A stretch of DNA of 63,080 nucleotides, the filler included, from Aduncisulcus paluster (lineage: Eukaryota): NCBI GenBank assembly GCA_024181965.1. It is 36 parts of 36 records of this genome, joined end to end, with 100 filler letters (N's around TTAATTAATTAA, not from the genome) between each part and the next. Parts side by side here need not be neighbours in the genome. Positions count along the whole stretch, not along the records: positions 10,129 to 11,228 come from BQXS01002158.1; positions 11,329 to 12,331 come from BQXS01002160.1; positions 12,432 to 13,494 come from BQXS01002174.1; positions 13,595 to 15,015 come from BQXS01002175.1; positions 15,116 to 17,181 come from BQXS01002176.1; positions 17,282 to 20,707 come from BQXS01002187.1; positions 20,808 to 22,112 come from BQXS01002188.1; positions 22,213 to 23,735 come from BQXS01002189.1; 28 more parts are not named here. One strand, 5' to 3'. The position numbers and the translations under genes are program-made. The notes under the pieces were generated by a model. That model made no database searches, was not told the origin of the DNA, and saw nothing but the letters and a program-made list of their open reading frames with translations. This document shows, one piece after another, positions 10,487-23,037 of this stretch. Numbering within the stretch: position 1 is the stretch's first letter; every line of letters begins with the position of its first letter.

Positions 10487-11356
10487 GTGAAGGCTACCGA
10501 ACCAACACCCCGGGAGGACACCGATAAAGGAAACCTAGGATCTAAAAATAGATCGTCGAAACCCTTGAGAAACTCCAGAAGATTCTGGAACCATAGATTG
10601 ATCATCTACTACGTTCGTGTCATAGTATCTGAATAGCTGCGATCACAAAGTGATCTGGGAAAGTGAGAGGAGGATGTGGTATCCTTGCAGGTTCTCAGAG
10701 GATCTATTTATAGAACCGACTATGATGTGTTCGTTTATTAATAAATTGTACGTAAGCTTTATCGCATTCTACCATAAACTTGTATTGTCCAAAATATATA
10801 CTTTTTTTTTTTTTTTGCAAAAATCCTTTTAACTTTTAATATTATCCTGCTATAACATTATTTTGAACATTAAATCCTTTAAAAATCTTTTTCTGATATT
10901 CAATATCTTTAATACTGTCCTGTAGCTCATGTAATAACAATTTTTGAAATAACCTTTGGATACTATCTATAAAGTAGTTCCTAATCTCAATTTGTTCTTT
11001 TTATAACCTCTCATGGAGTTATAATTAATAAAACTCTTCATATATTCTTGCTACGGACGAAATACGATGGGATTACAATAAATACTAATAACCCTTGAAA
11101 TTCATGATGTAGATTGTTTCCATCATCTTAAAATTACTTTTATCCTTCTTTCTAATGTATTTGAAATGAGGATCTTCTCATATCCCTTGCAGATATGCAA
11201 ATCTTGATCTACTTATTTTTTGAAGTAGNNNNNNNNNNNNNNNNNNNNNNNNNNNNNNNNNNNNNNNNNNNNTTAATTAATTAANNNNNNNNNNNNNNNN
11301 NNNNNNNNNNNNNNNNNNNNNNNNNNNNTAAATACATATCTGAAAGGTTAAATAAT

Positions 11357-12049
11357 ATGGATATTTTAGCAGAACTTGAAAATTTTATCAAAGAATTTAA
11401 TCAAGATAATAATGAAGATTTTAATATCGACACCATTCGAATAGAATTTGATAAACAACACAAAAAAGATAAATTGCTACAGTTTGGTAATTGGAAGAAA
11501 ATTAATAAAAACAATCGCACAATATTAGCAAAATTAAAAGAGAGGTTGAGAGTTGATGAAGTTACAAGTGCCTTACAGTTAGATAAGCAAAATATATACT
11601 ATTACAACCAAACAGATAAAACAAAAAAATATCGTAAAGCTACTATGGTAATATTTGGAATGAAACAATATCACAAAGACCCACCACCTAGAGAGCTGAT
11701 GCAAGATTTATTAAATATGCTAGTATTTGGAAACTCAAAAGTATCTGTAAATATTGATGTATGTAGCGACACAGCTATAAAACCAAATATACGAAATCTA
11801 ATGCAACACTTCACACTAAAACAATATGTAGAGCCAAAAACAAAAACACCAACAGAAACATATTATATAAATCATCCCAATATAACAATGATAGAAAAAC
11901 TAGTGATATACAATAAACGAATTAAAAACAATTTAAACTTTAATGTATGGAGAGTAGAGGCACTTATCCAAATACCGAATATAAGATTTTTAGCTTTACC
12001 ACTTCACGAACTAAAACAAATAGCAGATATAGCAAAAGGTAGACTATGA
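11357..12049 (+). CDS. Putative rolling-circle replication initiator (Rep_trans-like)
   Basis: Ordered motifs IDTIRI, IDVCSD, TETYYI, LVIYNK, WRVE resemble the Rep_trans catalytic motifs. Confidence 0.6.
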   Translation: MDILAELENFIKEFNQDNNEDFNIDTIRIEFDKQHKKDKLLQFGNWKKINKNNRTILAKLKERLRVDEVTSALQLDKQNIYYYNQTDKTKKYRKATMVIFGMKQYHKDPPPRELMQDLLNMLVFGNSKVSVNIDVCSDTAIKPNIRNLMQHFTLKQYVEPKTKTPTETYYINHPNITMIEKLVIYNKRIKNNLNFNVWRVEALIQIPNIRFLALPLHELKQIADIAKGRL

Positions 12050-12168
12050 CTAAAGAACAAATAGAAAAAAAGATAAAAGAGATATTATCAAAAGATAAAA
12101 ATTTTACTGGTGCAAAAGTAGATGTAATACTAAAAAAGAAAAATAGAAGTGATAATAATAAAAATTAA
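12046..12168 (+). CDS. 40-aa basic hypothetical protein
   Basis: ATGA overlap with the upstream ORF; MTKEQIEKKIKEILSKDKNFTGAKVDVILKKKNRSDNNKN. Confidence 0.5.
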   Translation: MTKEQIEKKIKEILSKDKNFTGAKVDVILKKKNRSDNNKN

Positions 12169-12331
12169 TTTGCAGTGGTTTCTATATCTTTAAAAAAATC
12201 TTTAATATCAACATCAAGAGCAATAGCGATTTTATACAAATGTTCAAGGTTAAAATGGTGGTTATCTTTTGCATTTTCACATTTACTATAAAAAGAAGTT
12301 GATTTTAAACCCATTTCTAAAACTAAATCTA
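12165..12331 (-). CDS. XRE-family HTH regulator (5' partial)
   Basis: DLVLEMGLKSTSFYSKCENAKDNHHFNLEHLYKIAIALDVDIKDFF. Confidence 0.85.
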
Positions 12332-12431
12332 NNNNNNNNNNNNNNNNNNNNNNNNNNNNNNNNNNNNNNNNNNNNTTAATTAATTAANNNNNNNNNNNNN
12401 NNNNNNNNNNNNNNNNNNNNNNNNNNNNNNN

Positions 12432-13494
12432 TCATACAAATAAGTGTTCTGTTGGTGTTGCAACACAAGATGATGAATTAAGAGAAAAATTTACTGGTAC
12501 AGTTGAAAGACTTATCTCTTATTTTGAATTTTTAGCAGAAGATGTACGAGAGATATTATCTACTTTAGGATACAGAAGTATAGAAGAGATTGTAGGTCGA
12601 AGTGATTTACTAAAAGTTTTAGATGATGAATTCGCACAAAAATTTGATTTTCAAAATATTTTAAGAAGAATTGATGGTATTGATACTTGTCAAGTTGCTT
12701 CAAATGAACCTTTTGATAAAAACGAAGAATCTCAACTAATTATTAAAAAGATCCTTTCTTCAATTAAAAATCCTAAAAATCCTATATCTATAGATACAAC
12801 AATCTCTAATTTAAATAGAAGTTTTGGTGCATTAACATCTGGTGAAATTGCAAAAAGATATGGAGATGCAGGTTTACCTGATGGTACTATCACTTATAAT
12901 CTTAACGGTGTTGCTGGTCAATCATTTGGAGCATTTTTAAGTAAAGGTGTAAATATAAATCTTGATGGTGTAGCAAATGACTATGTTGGTAAAGGTATGA
13001 GTGGTGGTAAAATTATTATTAAACCACAGTTACAAGGTCATAATTTTGCTGGTGCTGGTAATACTTGTTTATATGGTGCGACAGGTGGAAAACTATATGT
13101 TCGTGCAAATGTAGGTGAACGATTTGCTGTAAGAAACTCAGGAACTATTGCTGTTGTTGAAGGTACAGGAGATTCGCCTTGTGAGTACATGACAGGTGGT
13201 ATTGTTGTTATTTTAGGACCTACAGGTATTAATTTTGGTGCTGGTATGACAGGTGGATTAGCATTTATTTATGATGATAAAAGAGAATTTATTGATAATA
13301 TGAACCAAGAGTTAATAGAAGCATTAAGAATAGATACAGATGATACAGAAGCTGAACGATTATATTTGAAAAAATTATTAAAAGATTATGTTGATCATAC
13401 TCAATCAGATAAAGCACAAGATATATTAGAGAACTTTAGATCAGAAATAAGAAACTTCTGGATGGTAAAACCAAAAGATATGACTGTTTTACCA
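12432..13494 (+). CDS. gltB: Glutamate synthase large subunit, C-terminal part
   Basis: HTNKCSVGVATQD, AGQSFGAF, ANDYVGKGMSGG, GXGXG domain (GERFAVRNSG, CEYMTGG). Confidence 0.96.
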
Positions 13495-13594
13495 NNNNNN
13501 NNNNNNNNNNNNNNNNNNNNNNNNNNNNNNNNNNNNNNTTAATTAATTAANNNNNNNNNNNNNNNNNNNNNNNNNNNNNNNNNNNNNNNNNNNN

Positions 13595-13981
13595 ATTTTA
13601 GAACTATTAAGATCTGTTTTGTTAATAATGACTCTTGAGTAATCATTAAACTTGTAGTAAGATAACACTTTAACTTTTTTAAGCTCTAAATCTAAAGAAG
13701 AAAGTGAACTTTGGTTGGTTTTCAATTCTTTTAATTCACTTACTTTTATATCATATAATAGTTTATATTTTAAATGTTCGTTATTTGAATCTTTAAGTTG
13801 AGTAATATAATCAATTTGATTGATATATTTTTCAATAGAACTATTTAATGTAACAAATAGTTCTATGTAAGAGGTTTTAATAGATTGATTTAACATAGAA
13901 AGTTTATTTTGAATAATTTTTTCTATGTTGAAAAAGTATAAAATACTAATTGTGGAAATTAGTATAAAAAGTGTAAACTTT

Positions 13982-13989
<8 letters not shown>
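13595..13989 (-). CDS. mreC: Rod shape protein MreC (partial)
   Basis: N-terminal TM segment and coiled coil; overlaps the mreB stop. Confidence 0.8.
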
Positions 13990-15015
<1,026 letters not shown>

Positions 15016-15115
15016 NNNNNNNNNNNNNNNNNNNNNNNNNNNNNNNNNNNNNNNNNNNNTTAATTAATTAANNNNNNNNNNNNNNNNNNNNNNNNNNNNN
15101 NNNNNNNNNNNNNNN

Positions 15116-15978
15116 ACCATTAAGTATTGGTAAATTAAAATCTGGTGGATTTATAATTGCTAGTGAAACTTGTTGTTTTGATCTTGTTGATGCTGAATTT
15201 GTAAGAGATGTAAAACCAGGAGAGATGCTTATTTTTAGTCAAGATCATGCTGAGCCTGAGTCTATTATGTTAGATGAAACAAAAGAGTTTAGACCATGTG
15301 CTTTTGAATATATCTATTTTGCACGACCAGATAGTGTTATTGATGGTAAAAATGTATATGCTGTTAGAGAAGAGATGGGAAAAGCTCTAGCTATGCACGA
15401 TAAAGATTTACTTGATGCTGATATGGTTATTCCTGTACCAGATAGTGGGGTTCCTTCTGCTTTAGGTTATGCAAAAGCTTCAGGAATCCCTTTTGAACTA
15501 GGAATCATAAGAAATCATTATGTTGGAAGAACATTTATTGAACCAACTCAAGCGATGAGAAATATGAAAGTTAAAATGAAACTAAGCCCAATGAAATCAT
15601 TGATAGAGGGTAAAAAACTTGTAGTAATTGATGACAGTATCGTAAGAGGAACAACAAGTAAAAGAATAGTAAGAATGCTGAAAGATGCAGGTGCAGCTGA
15701 AGTACATTTTAGAGTAGCTTCACCTATGATTAAGCATCCTTGTTATTATGGTATTGATACTCCAACAAAAGAGGAGNNNNNNNNNNNNNNNNNNNNNNNN
15801 NNNNNNNNNNNNNNNNNNNNAGGAGTTAATAAATGCTATGAAAACTCCCCAGGAAGTACAAAAATATATAGAAGCTGATTCATTGAAATATTTATCTATA
15901 GATGACCTAAAAGGTGCACTAGGTAAAGATAGAAATTATTCGATGGTTAGTTTTGATGGCGATTATTTTATCGCGTAG
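15116..15978 (+). CDS. purF: Amidophosphoribosyltransferase (5' partial)
   Basis: FEYIYFARPDS, PVPDSG, GRTFI, DDSIVRGTTS, YGIDTP. Confidence 0.96.
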
Positions 15979-15994
15979 GAACAAAACGGAAAAA

Positions 15995-16998
15995 ATGAAA
16001 AATATAGAAACGATCGGTAGATATTGGAAAAAAAAATATGGTGAAAAAGTTTATAAAGTTCCCATCAGTATCTCTGGATTTACTTGNNNNNNNNNNNNNN
16101 NNNNNNNNNNNNNNNNNNNNNNNNCTCTGGATTTACTTGTCCAAACATAGATGGTACAGTCGCTAAAGGTGGTTGTAGTTTCTGTGAAAATGAGTCTTTT
16201 TCTCCAAATCAAGTAGATAAATCAAAGTTTAAATTAAATCTTTTTAGTAAAGAAAATCCTTATTTAGATAAACAGCTGTTACAATTAAAAATGCAATTTG
16301 ACGCTACTAAAGAGAGATTACAAAATAAATTTGGTGCAAAAAAGTTTATTGTGTATTTTCAATCGTTTACAAATACTTATGCTCCACTTGATACATTAAA
16401 AGCGTTGTATACTAAAGCTTTGGGTTTTGATGATGTGATTGGTTTAAGTATTGGTACAAGAACAGATTGTATAACGGATGAAACTTTAGATTATCTTGAA
16501 GAGATTGCAAAAACAAAAGAGGTATGGCTTGAGTATGGGATTCAGTCTGTATATGACGAAACACTTTTAAAAATAAATCGTGGACATGATTTTGCCAATA
16601 TTCAAGAGTGGATTGGAAAGACAAAAAAAAGAAATTTACTTGTATGTGGTCATTTAGTGTTTGGTCTTCCTGATGAAAATCAAGAGATGATGCTAAAAGG
16701 TGTAGAAGAAACTATAAAAATGGGTGTAGATTCTATTAAAATTCATCCTTTATATGTTGTAAAAAATACACTTCTGACAAATGAATATAGGAAGGGAAGA
16801 TTTGAGCCTATTAGTGAAGAAGAATATATTGATACACTAGTTAAAGCGATTAAAATGATACCTGATTCTATATCATTGTCTCGAATAACTGCAGGTATAA
16901 GTGATAGTACACTTTTATCTCCATCATGGTGTAACAATAAACATAGACAAATGTATAATATTAAAAAGGAACTTCTCAAAGAAGGGCTAGTATACTAA
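15995..16998 (+). CDS. TIGR01212/YhcC-family radical SAM protein
   Basis: GFTCPNIDG....GGCSFC, YFQSFTNTY, IGTRTDC, INRGH. Confidence 0.9.
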
Positions 16999-17009
16999 AG
17001 GATACCTAA

Positions 17010-17181
17010 GTGTTATTGTTATTAACGATATTGTTAGTTTTTATTTTACTTTCACGAGTGATTGAAAATCATACAAAAATACCAACAACACTTAGTTTAA
17101 TTGTTTTATCATTTCTTTTATCATATTTTTTTCCTCATATTTTTTCTCTATCTTCAGATGAATTTGATGAGATTTTATATT
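17010..17181 (+). CDS. Membrane protein N-terminus, probably cation:proton antiporter
   Basis: Two hydrophobic segments separated by KIP. Confidence 0.55.
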
Positions 17182-17281
17182 NNNNNNNNNNNNNNNNNNN
17201 NNNNNNNNNNNNNNNNNNNNNNNNNTTAATTAATTAANNNNNNNNNNNNNNNNNNNNNNNNNNNNNNNNNNNNNNNNNNNN

Positions 17282-19945
17282 GTGGGCGCGTCGGGCTGCG
17301 GGGTTTCCGGCGGCTCGGGCGTGTCGGGCGTCTCTGCGACGGGTTCCTCGACCTTCTTGCGCGCACGGGAGCGACGCTTCGGCTTGGGCGCCTCCTCGGC
17401 TGCCTCTGCGGCGTCGGCCTTGACCTCTGCGGCGCTGCCTTCGACGGCGGCTTGCGCATCCGCCTCGGGATCAACCTTCTTGCGCGACCGCGTGCGACGC
17501 TTCGGCTTGGGCGCTTCTTCCTCGGCCTTGGCCTCGGTGCCCTCAGCAGTGGCTTCCGCGGTCTCGGCCTCAGATTTCGGCTCTTCCACCTTCTTGCGGG
17601 CGCGCGAGCGGCGCTTGGGCTTCGGCGCTTCTTCCTCAGTCTTGGCGTCAGTCTTCGCGTCGGTTTGCGCCTCGGTTTTGGCCTCGTCCGCCGGAGCTTC
17701 CGCCGCCTGCGCGGGTTCGGCCTTGGCGGGCGTCTCCTGCCCTTCGGCCGGCTCGGACTTCTGATCGTCCGACTTCTGGTCGTCCGACGACTGATCGCCG
17801 TTCTCCGCGGAGTCGTTATTCTCCCCGTTCTCGCCATTCGACTTCCGGCGACGACGACGGCGACGCCGCTTCTTCTTCGGCTGCTCCTCGGATTCGGTCT
17901 CGACCGTCGCGGTCTGCTCCTCGGCCTCGGCTTCAGCTTCGGTCTCTGCCTCGTCCTCCGCGTCGTCGATCTCGGCCATCAGGCTGGCCGAGGCCGACAC
18001 CACGGGGCTGTCCACTTCCGCGACATTGCGCGTCGCGGTCTTGAACTTCTCGATGGTGAAATCGGGCGAGACAAGCTCCGGCGCGGCTTCGATGCGCACG
18101 GACATGCCGTAACGCGCCTCGATCACCGCCACATGTTCGCGCTTGGCGTTCATCAGGTAGTTGGCGACCGCGACGGGGGCACGCACCAGAACCTCGCGGG
18201 TCCGTTTGCGGGTGCCCTCTTCCTCGATCGCGCGCAGGACGCTCAGNNNNNNNNNNNNNNNNNNNNGTCGTGGATTCGATCATGCCCGGACGCAGGCGCT
18301 GGCGGCTCATCTCGAGCAGGCCGAAGCCGGAGATGCGGCCGACCTGAATGCGGGCGCGGTCGGTCTTGAGACGCTCCTTCATGCGCTTCTCGACGGCGTT
18401 GTTGTTCTTACGCTCGTCCATGTCGATGAAGTCGATCACGATCAGACCGGCGAGGTCGCGCAGGCGCAGCTGGCGAGCCACTTCGTCGGCGGCCTCCAGG
18501 TTGGTCTTGAGCGCGGTTTCCTCGATCGAGCCTTCCTTGGTCGCCCGGCCCGAGTTCACGTCGATGGCGACGAGCGCCTCAGTAACGCCGATCACGATGT
18601 AACCGCCGGACTTGAGCTGCACGGTCGGGTTGAACATCGAGGCGAGGTAGCTTTCCACCTGATGGCGCGCAAACAGAGGCAGCGATTCCGAGTAGTGCTT
18701 CACGTTCTTGGCGTGGCTCGGCATGATCATCTTCATGAAGGCCTTGGCCGCGCGGTAGCCACGCTCGCCCTCGACGAGCACCTCGTCGATATCCTTGTTG
18801 TAGAGGTCGCGGATCGACCGCTTGATCAGATCGCCTTCCTCGTAGATCGGCGCCGGCGCGACGGATTTCATCGTCAGGTCGCGGATCTGCTCCCACAGGC
18901 GCATCAGGTATTCGTAGTCGCGCTTGATCTCGGTCTTGGTGCGCTGCGCACCCGCCGTGCGCACGATCAGGCCCGCGCCCTTCGGCACATCCAGCTCGCC
19001 CGCGATTTCCTTGAGCTTCTTGCGGTCGGCGGCGTTGGTGATCTTGCGGCTGATGCCACCACCGCGCGCGGTGTTGGGCATGAGCACGCAATAGCGGCCT
19101 GCCAGCGAGAGATAGGTGGTCAGCGCCGCGCCTTTGTTGCCGCGCTCTTCCTTGACGACCTGCACCAGCATGATCTGGCGGACCTTGATCACTTCCTGGA
19201 TCTTGTAGCGGCGCGGACGCGGCTTGCGGGCCGGACGGATTTCTTCTTCGACATCCTCGTCGGCGACGGACTCGATGCCGCTATCGGCTTCAGCTGCGTC
19301 ATCGCCCGCGTCGTCGTCATCGTCGTCGGAGTCGTCGCTGTCATCCTCGTCGGACGCGGTCTCGGCCGCAGCGGCGGGCTTCTCGGCGGCTTCCTGAGCC
19401 TGCGCGGGAGCCTCTTCGGCCGGAGCCTCATTGCTGTCGGTCTGCGCTTCGGCTTTGGTCTCGTCGGCGGGCGCGTCGGCAGCCTCGCCAGAGGTCTCGC
19501 CTTCGGCTTCGGGATCGACGACGCCCATGCCCGGGATCTCGTCCGAGCTGACAACCGCCTCGTCCTGCTTGGCCTTCTCGGCCTTGTTCGACGACCGGCG
19601 CGAGCGGCGGCGGCGCGAGGATTTCGGCTTTTCCTCTTCCGCGGCAGCGGCCTCGGCGAGCTGGCGTTCTTCTTCCAGCAGCGCTTCGCGATCGGCGACC
19701 GGGATCTGGTAGTAATCGGGGTGGATTTCCGCGAAGGCGAGGAAGCCGTGCCGGTTTCCGCCATAGTCGACGAAGGCCGCCTGCAGCGACGGTTCGACGC
19801 GCGTTACTTTCGCGAGATAGATATTGCCGGCGAGCTGCCGCTTGTTGATGGTCTCAAAGTCGAATTCCTCGACCTTGTTGCCGTCCACCACCACGACGCG
19901 GGTCTCTTCCGCGTGGGTGGCATCGATAAGCATCTTCTTTGCCAT
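17282..19945 (-). CDS. rne: Ribonuclease E, alphaproteobacterial type (3' partial)
   Basis: MAKKMLIDATHAEETRVVV, S1 domain with acidic insert, KEERGNKGAALTT, DVNSGR, DFIDM, charged disordered C-terminus. Confidence 0.97.
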
Positions 19946-20269
19946 GTAAATCCAATAGGTCAGCCCTTTGCGACCTGCCCGGGGGCGCGGCGCTGTCTTG
20001 GGCTGAAACTGTCCTTGAGGCGAGGGTGCGGACATGCGCGCAGACGGCGGTGGCGTGGAGCCTGCCCGTCCTCATCTGCGATATCCCGTCACGCATCATC
20101 GCGGTTCTTTCCAAGGCGCGGTCGGCCTTAGCCGCTTGGCGCCCAATTAACGGCCTCCGTCCCGACTAATGCGGAAGAGGGAGACAAACTTGCGGCCTTT
20201 CGGCCAATCGGTTGAGCCGGGGCCCCTTGCGCATCATCTGCGCCGGATCGGCCAAGGCATCAGCGAATT

Positions 20270-20301
20270 TCGGTGGCTTCACACTTATGGTGTGAAACCG
20301 A
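20270..20301. promoter_or_regulatory. Stem-loop in the long region upstream of rne
   Basis: TCGGT-ggc-TTCACAC ttatg GTGTGAA-ACCGA. Confidence 0.4.
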
Positions 20302-20545
20302 CTGGTTCTGACCATAGCGGCACAGCCTACGGGAACACAATCGAATTTTCGTAAGGGAAGGGTTAATCGCACCCCGGAGTCTCGCGATGTTCAGCGATTA
20401 GGCAGGCCCGTTCCTCGGATTTGCCGCTGCAGGCCTGAAAATGCCGCGGCGCGGTGCCATTCAGGCCCGCGCCGCTCACGTCGTCTTGTTCGAACGCGGC
20501 CCGCATGCCCCACACCTACAGGCGAAGATGCGGGCGCGCGTGCCC

Positions 20546-20707
20546 TCACAGATAATCCGCGCGGGCGAGGCCGTATTTGGCCATCTTCTCGTTCAGCGTC
20601 CGGCGCGGCAGGCACAGCTCCTCCATCACCGCCGAGATCGAGCCCTTGTGACGCCGCATCGTGTTGTCGATCAGCATCTTTTCGAAGCTCTCGACATATT
20701 CCTTGAG
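20546..20707 (-). CDS. C-terminal Fis-type HTH of a DctD/NtrC-like regulator
   Basis: LKEYVESFEKMLIDNTMRRHKGSISAVMEELCLPRRTLNEKMAKYGLARADYL*. Confidence 0.85.
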   Translation of the reverse strand, partial: LKEYVESFEKMLIDNTMRRHKGSISAVMEELCLPRRTLNEKMAKYGLARADYL

Positions 20708-20807
20708 NNNNNNNNNNNNNNNNNNNNNNNNNNNNNNNNNNNNNNNNNNNNTTAATTAATTAANNNNNNNNNNNNNNNNNNNNNNNNNNNNNNNNNNNNN
20801 NNNNNNN

Positions 20808-21481
20808 TTTGGTTTATGGCAATTAATACTCAGAAAAAAAGAGAAATAGACTACTCCATAGGGATAGTTTCTCTTTTTATCTATAGTTTTTTTATAGCAA
20901 CAACTAAAAGTGTAGATATTCTTTTAGTTATACCCATTCTTGCACAACTTTTACTTTTTAAAGTAAAGATGAAAAAGGTTTTAAAAAAAGTTTTAAAAGT
21001 AAATTTTTTTATTTTTATCACTTTTTTAATCCTTTTTTTAGAAGGAAAACAAGAACTTGCAATTTTAGTACTTGTACGGGCTAACCTTATTTTGTGGTTT
21101 ACATTGAGTTTTAACTTTGATGGATTTAAATTATATAAAGGTCTTACAAATTTAAAAGTATCAAATAAATTTTCATTGATACTTTTTTTTACAGTAAAAT
21201 ATATAGAGGTGCTTTTTAGTAGTGCTTTTAGATTATTAGAGGTACTAAAAATAAGAGGTTTCAGACCAACGATGAGTAAAAAAACATTTAGTATCTATGC
21301 AGATATGTTAGCTTTTTTACTCTATACAGCCGTAAATAAGATGGACAAAGTGGAAGATGTTATTGCTATTCGTACAAAAGATGGACAACTAGCACCTTCT
21401 AAACAGATCGTAATCAAAATAGAAGAAGTGTTACTTCTTAGTATCATAATAGGAGTGATTTTTGGCTATTATATTAAATAA
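20808..21481 (+). CDS. ECF transporter T component (CbiQ/NikQ-like)
   Basis: Multi-TM protein with IRGF and IRT motifs; coupled to the downstream ATPase. Confidence 0.8.
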
Positions 21482-22062
21482 TCTCAAAACAGATATTTTT
21501 GAAAATGTTAATTTAGATTTAAAAACGAATGAAAAAATTGCCATTATAGGGCAAAATGGTTCTGGTAAAACTACACTACTAAGAACTATTTTAGNNNNNN
21601 NNNNNNNNNNNNNNAAAAGAAGATTTTAAAAAGATATACTCTAAAATCGGTTATCTTTTTCAAGATAGCGATGATAGTTTTATAACTTCAAGTGTGATGG
21701 ATGAAGTTGCTTTTAATCTCTATAATCAAAATGATGATTATGAGAATGCGTATAAAAAAGCAGAACAACTCTTAGAAGAGTTTGGAATAAGTGATTTAAA
21801 AGATAAATTACCTATTAAACTCTCCGGGGGTCAAAAACGAGTTGTAGCGATTTGTGCATGTTTAATACATAATCCAAATATATTATTGTTAGATGAACCC
21901 ACAAATCATTTAGATACAGAGATGTCTCAAGTTTTAGAAAAAAAACTAAAAGAGTACAAAGGTAATATTATTTTAATAGCGCATAACATTGAGTTTGCTA
22001 AGAAAATAGTAGATAAGTTCTATAAGCTAGAATCTAATGGGCTTATAGAAATAGAAATTTAG
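21462..22062 (+). CDS. ECF/ABC ATPase (CbiO/NikO-like)
   Basis: TTG start, GQNGSGKTT, LFQD, LSGGQK, LLLDEPT. Confidence 0.9.
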
Positions 22063-22302
22063 ATATAATAATAAATAATATAAGAGGTAAAAATGAAGAG
22101 ATATAGACACTANNNNNNNNNNNNNNNNNNNNNNNNNNNNNNNNNNNNNNNNNNNNTTAATTAATTAANNNNNNNNNNNNNNNNNNNNNNNNNNNNNNNN
22201 NNNNNNNNNNNNTACTATCTATGTACAAATATAAAAAAGAAATAAAATCTAAAATTTCAAATGAAATAGAAACAAAATTTCAAATTTTTATGGAGAGCAT
22301 AG

Positions 22303-23036
22303 ATGTTTAGCTTTTTTGAACTTGTCAAATTTGAATACCCTTATATATTATTGCTTATTATAGTTTTTATTGTGTGCAATAAATATTGTAAAGCACAAGT
22401 GGAGTCATATTATATGCCACACTTAAATATTTTTACCAAATCCAAAAAAATGGGAACACAACTATCGTCCTTTTTAAAATGGATTGCAATTATCTGTGCA
22501 ATTGTGGCTTTGAGTTCCCCTATACAAGAATTGAATATCATTAAAAATAAAAAAGATGGTATCGATATGGTGATCTCTTTAGATACAAGTGGTTCGATGA
22601 GACAGCGTGGATTTAATGAACAAAACCCAACTCAAAATAGATGGGAAGTTGTTCAAGAGATTGTTAATGATTTTATAACAAAAAGAGTAAATGACAACAT
22701 TGGTATTGTAGTCTTTGGAACATCAGTGATGACAGCATCCCCTTTAAGCTATGATAAAAAAGCACAAGAAAGAATTATTAAAAACCTAAGTATCGGTATT
22801 GTTGGAGATCAAACAGCTTTGGTAAATAGTATCGCTACATCTATCNNNNNNNNNNNNNNNNNNNNACAAAAGGTGATTTAGAATCTATTTACCAAACGAT
22901 TGATGCATTAGAAAAAAGTGAAATTGAACAAAATAAGATTGTTGTAAAAGAGTACTATTTTTTTTATCCACTAATGCTTAGTTTTATATCTCTTTTATTT
23001 TTTGTCTATTTTAAAAATAAACAAGAGGGACACTAA
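22303..23036 (+). CDS. VWA domain membrane protein (BatA-like), gapped
   Basis: FEYP N-terminus, DTSGSM MIDAS motif, IDALEKS, C-terminal TM. Confidence 0.85.
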
Positions 23037-23037
23037 G

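Noticed and set aside
10629-10662. Hammerhead ribozyme (CTGA...stem...GAAA)
   Set aside because: The core reads CTGAATAG rather than CTGANGA, and stems I and III are not evident.
18161-20131. 656-aa plus-strand ORF and the many other antisense or alternate-frame ORFs in GC-rich scaffolds
   Set aside because: These are shadow ORFs of well-supported genes, caused by high GC3 and scarce stop codons.
20808-22062. Direct linkage of cbiQO-like genes to the DUF4198/hypF locus
   Set aside because: Functionally plausible, but they are on different scaffolds, so linkage cannot be shown here.
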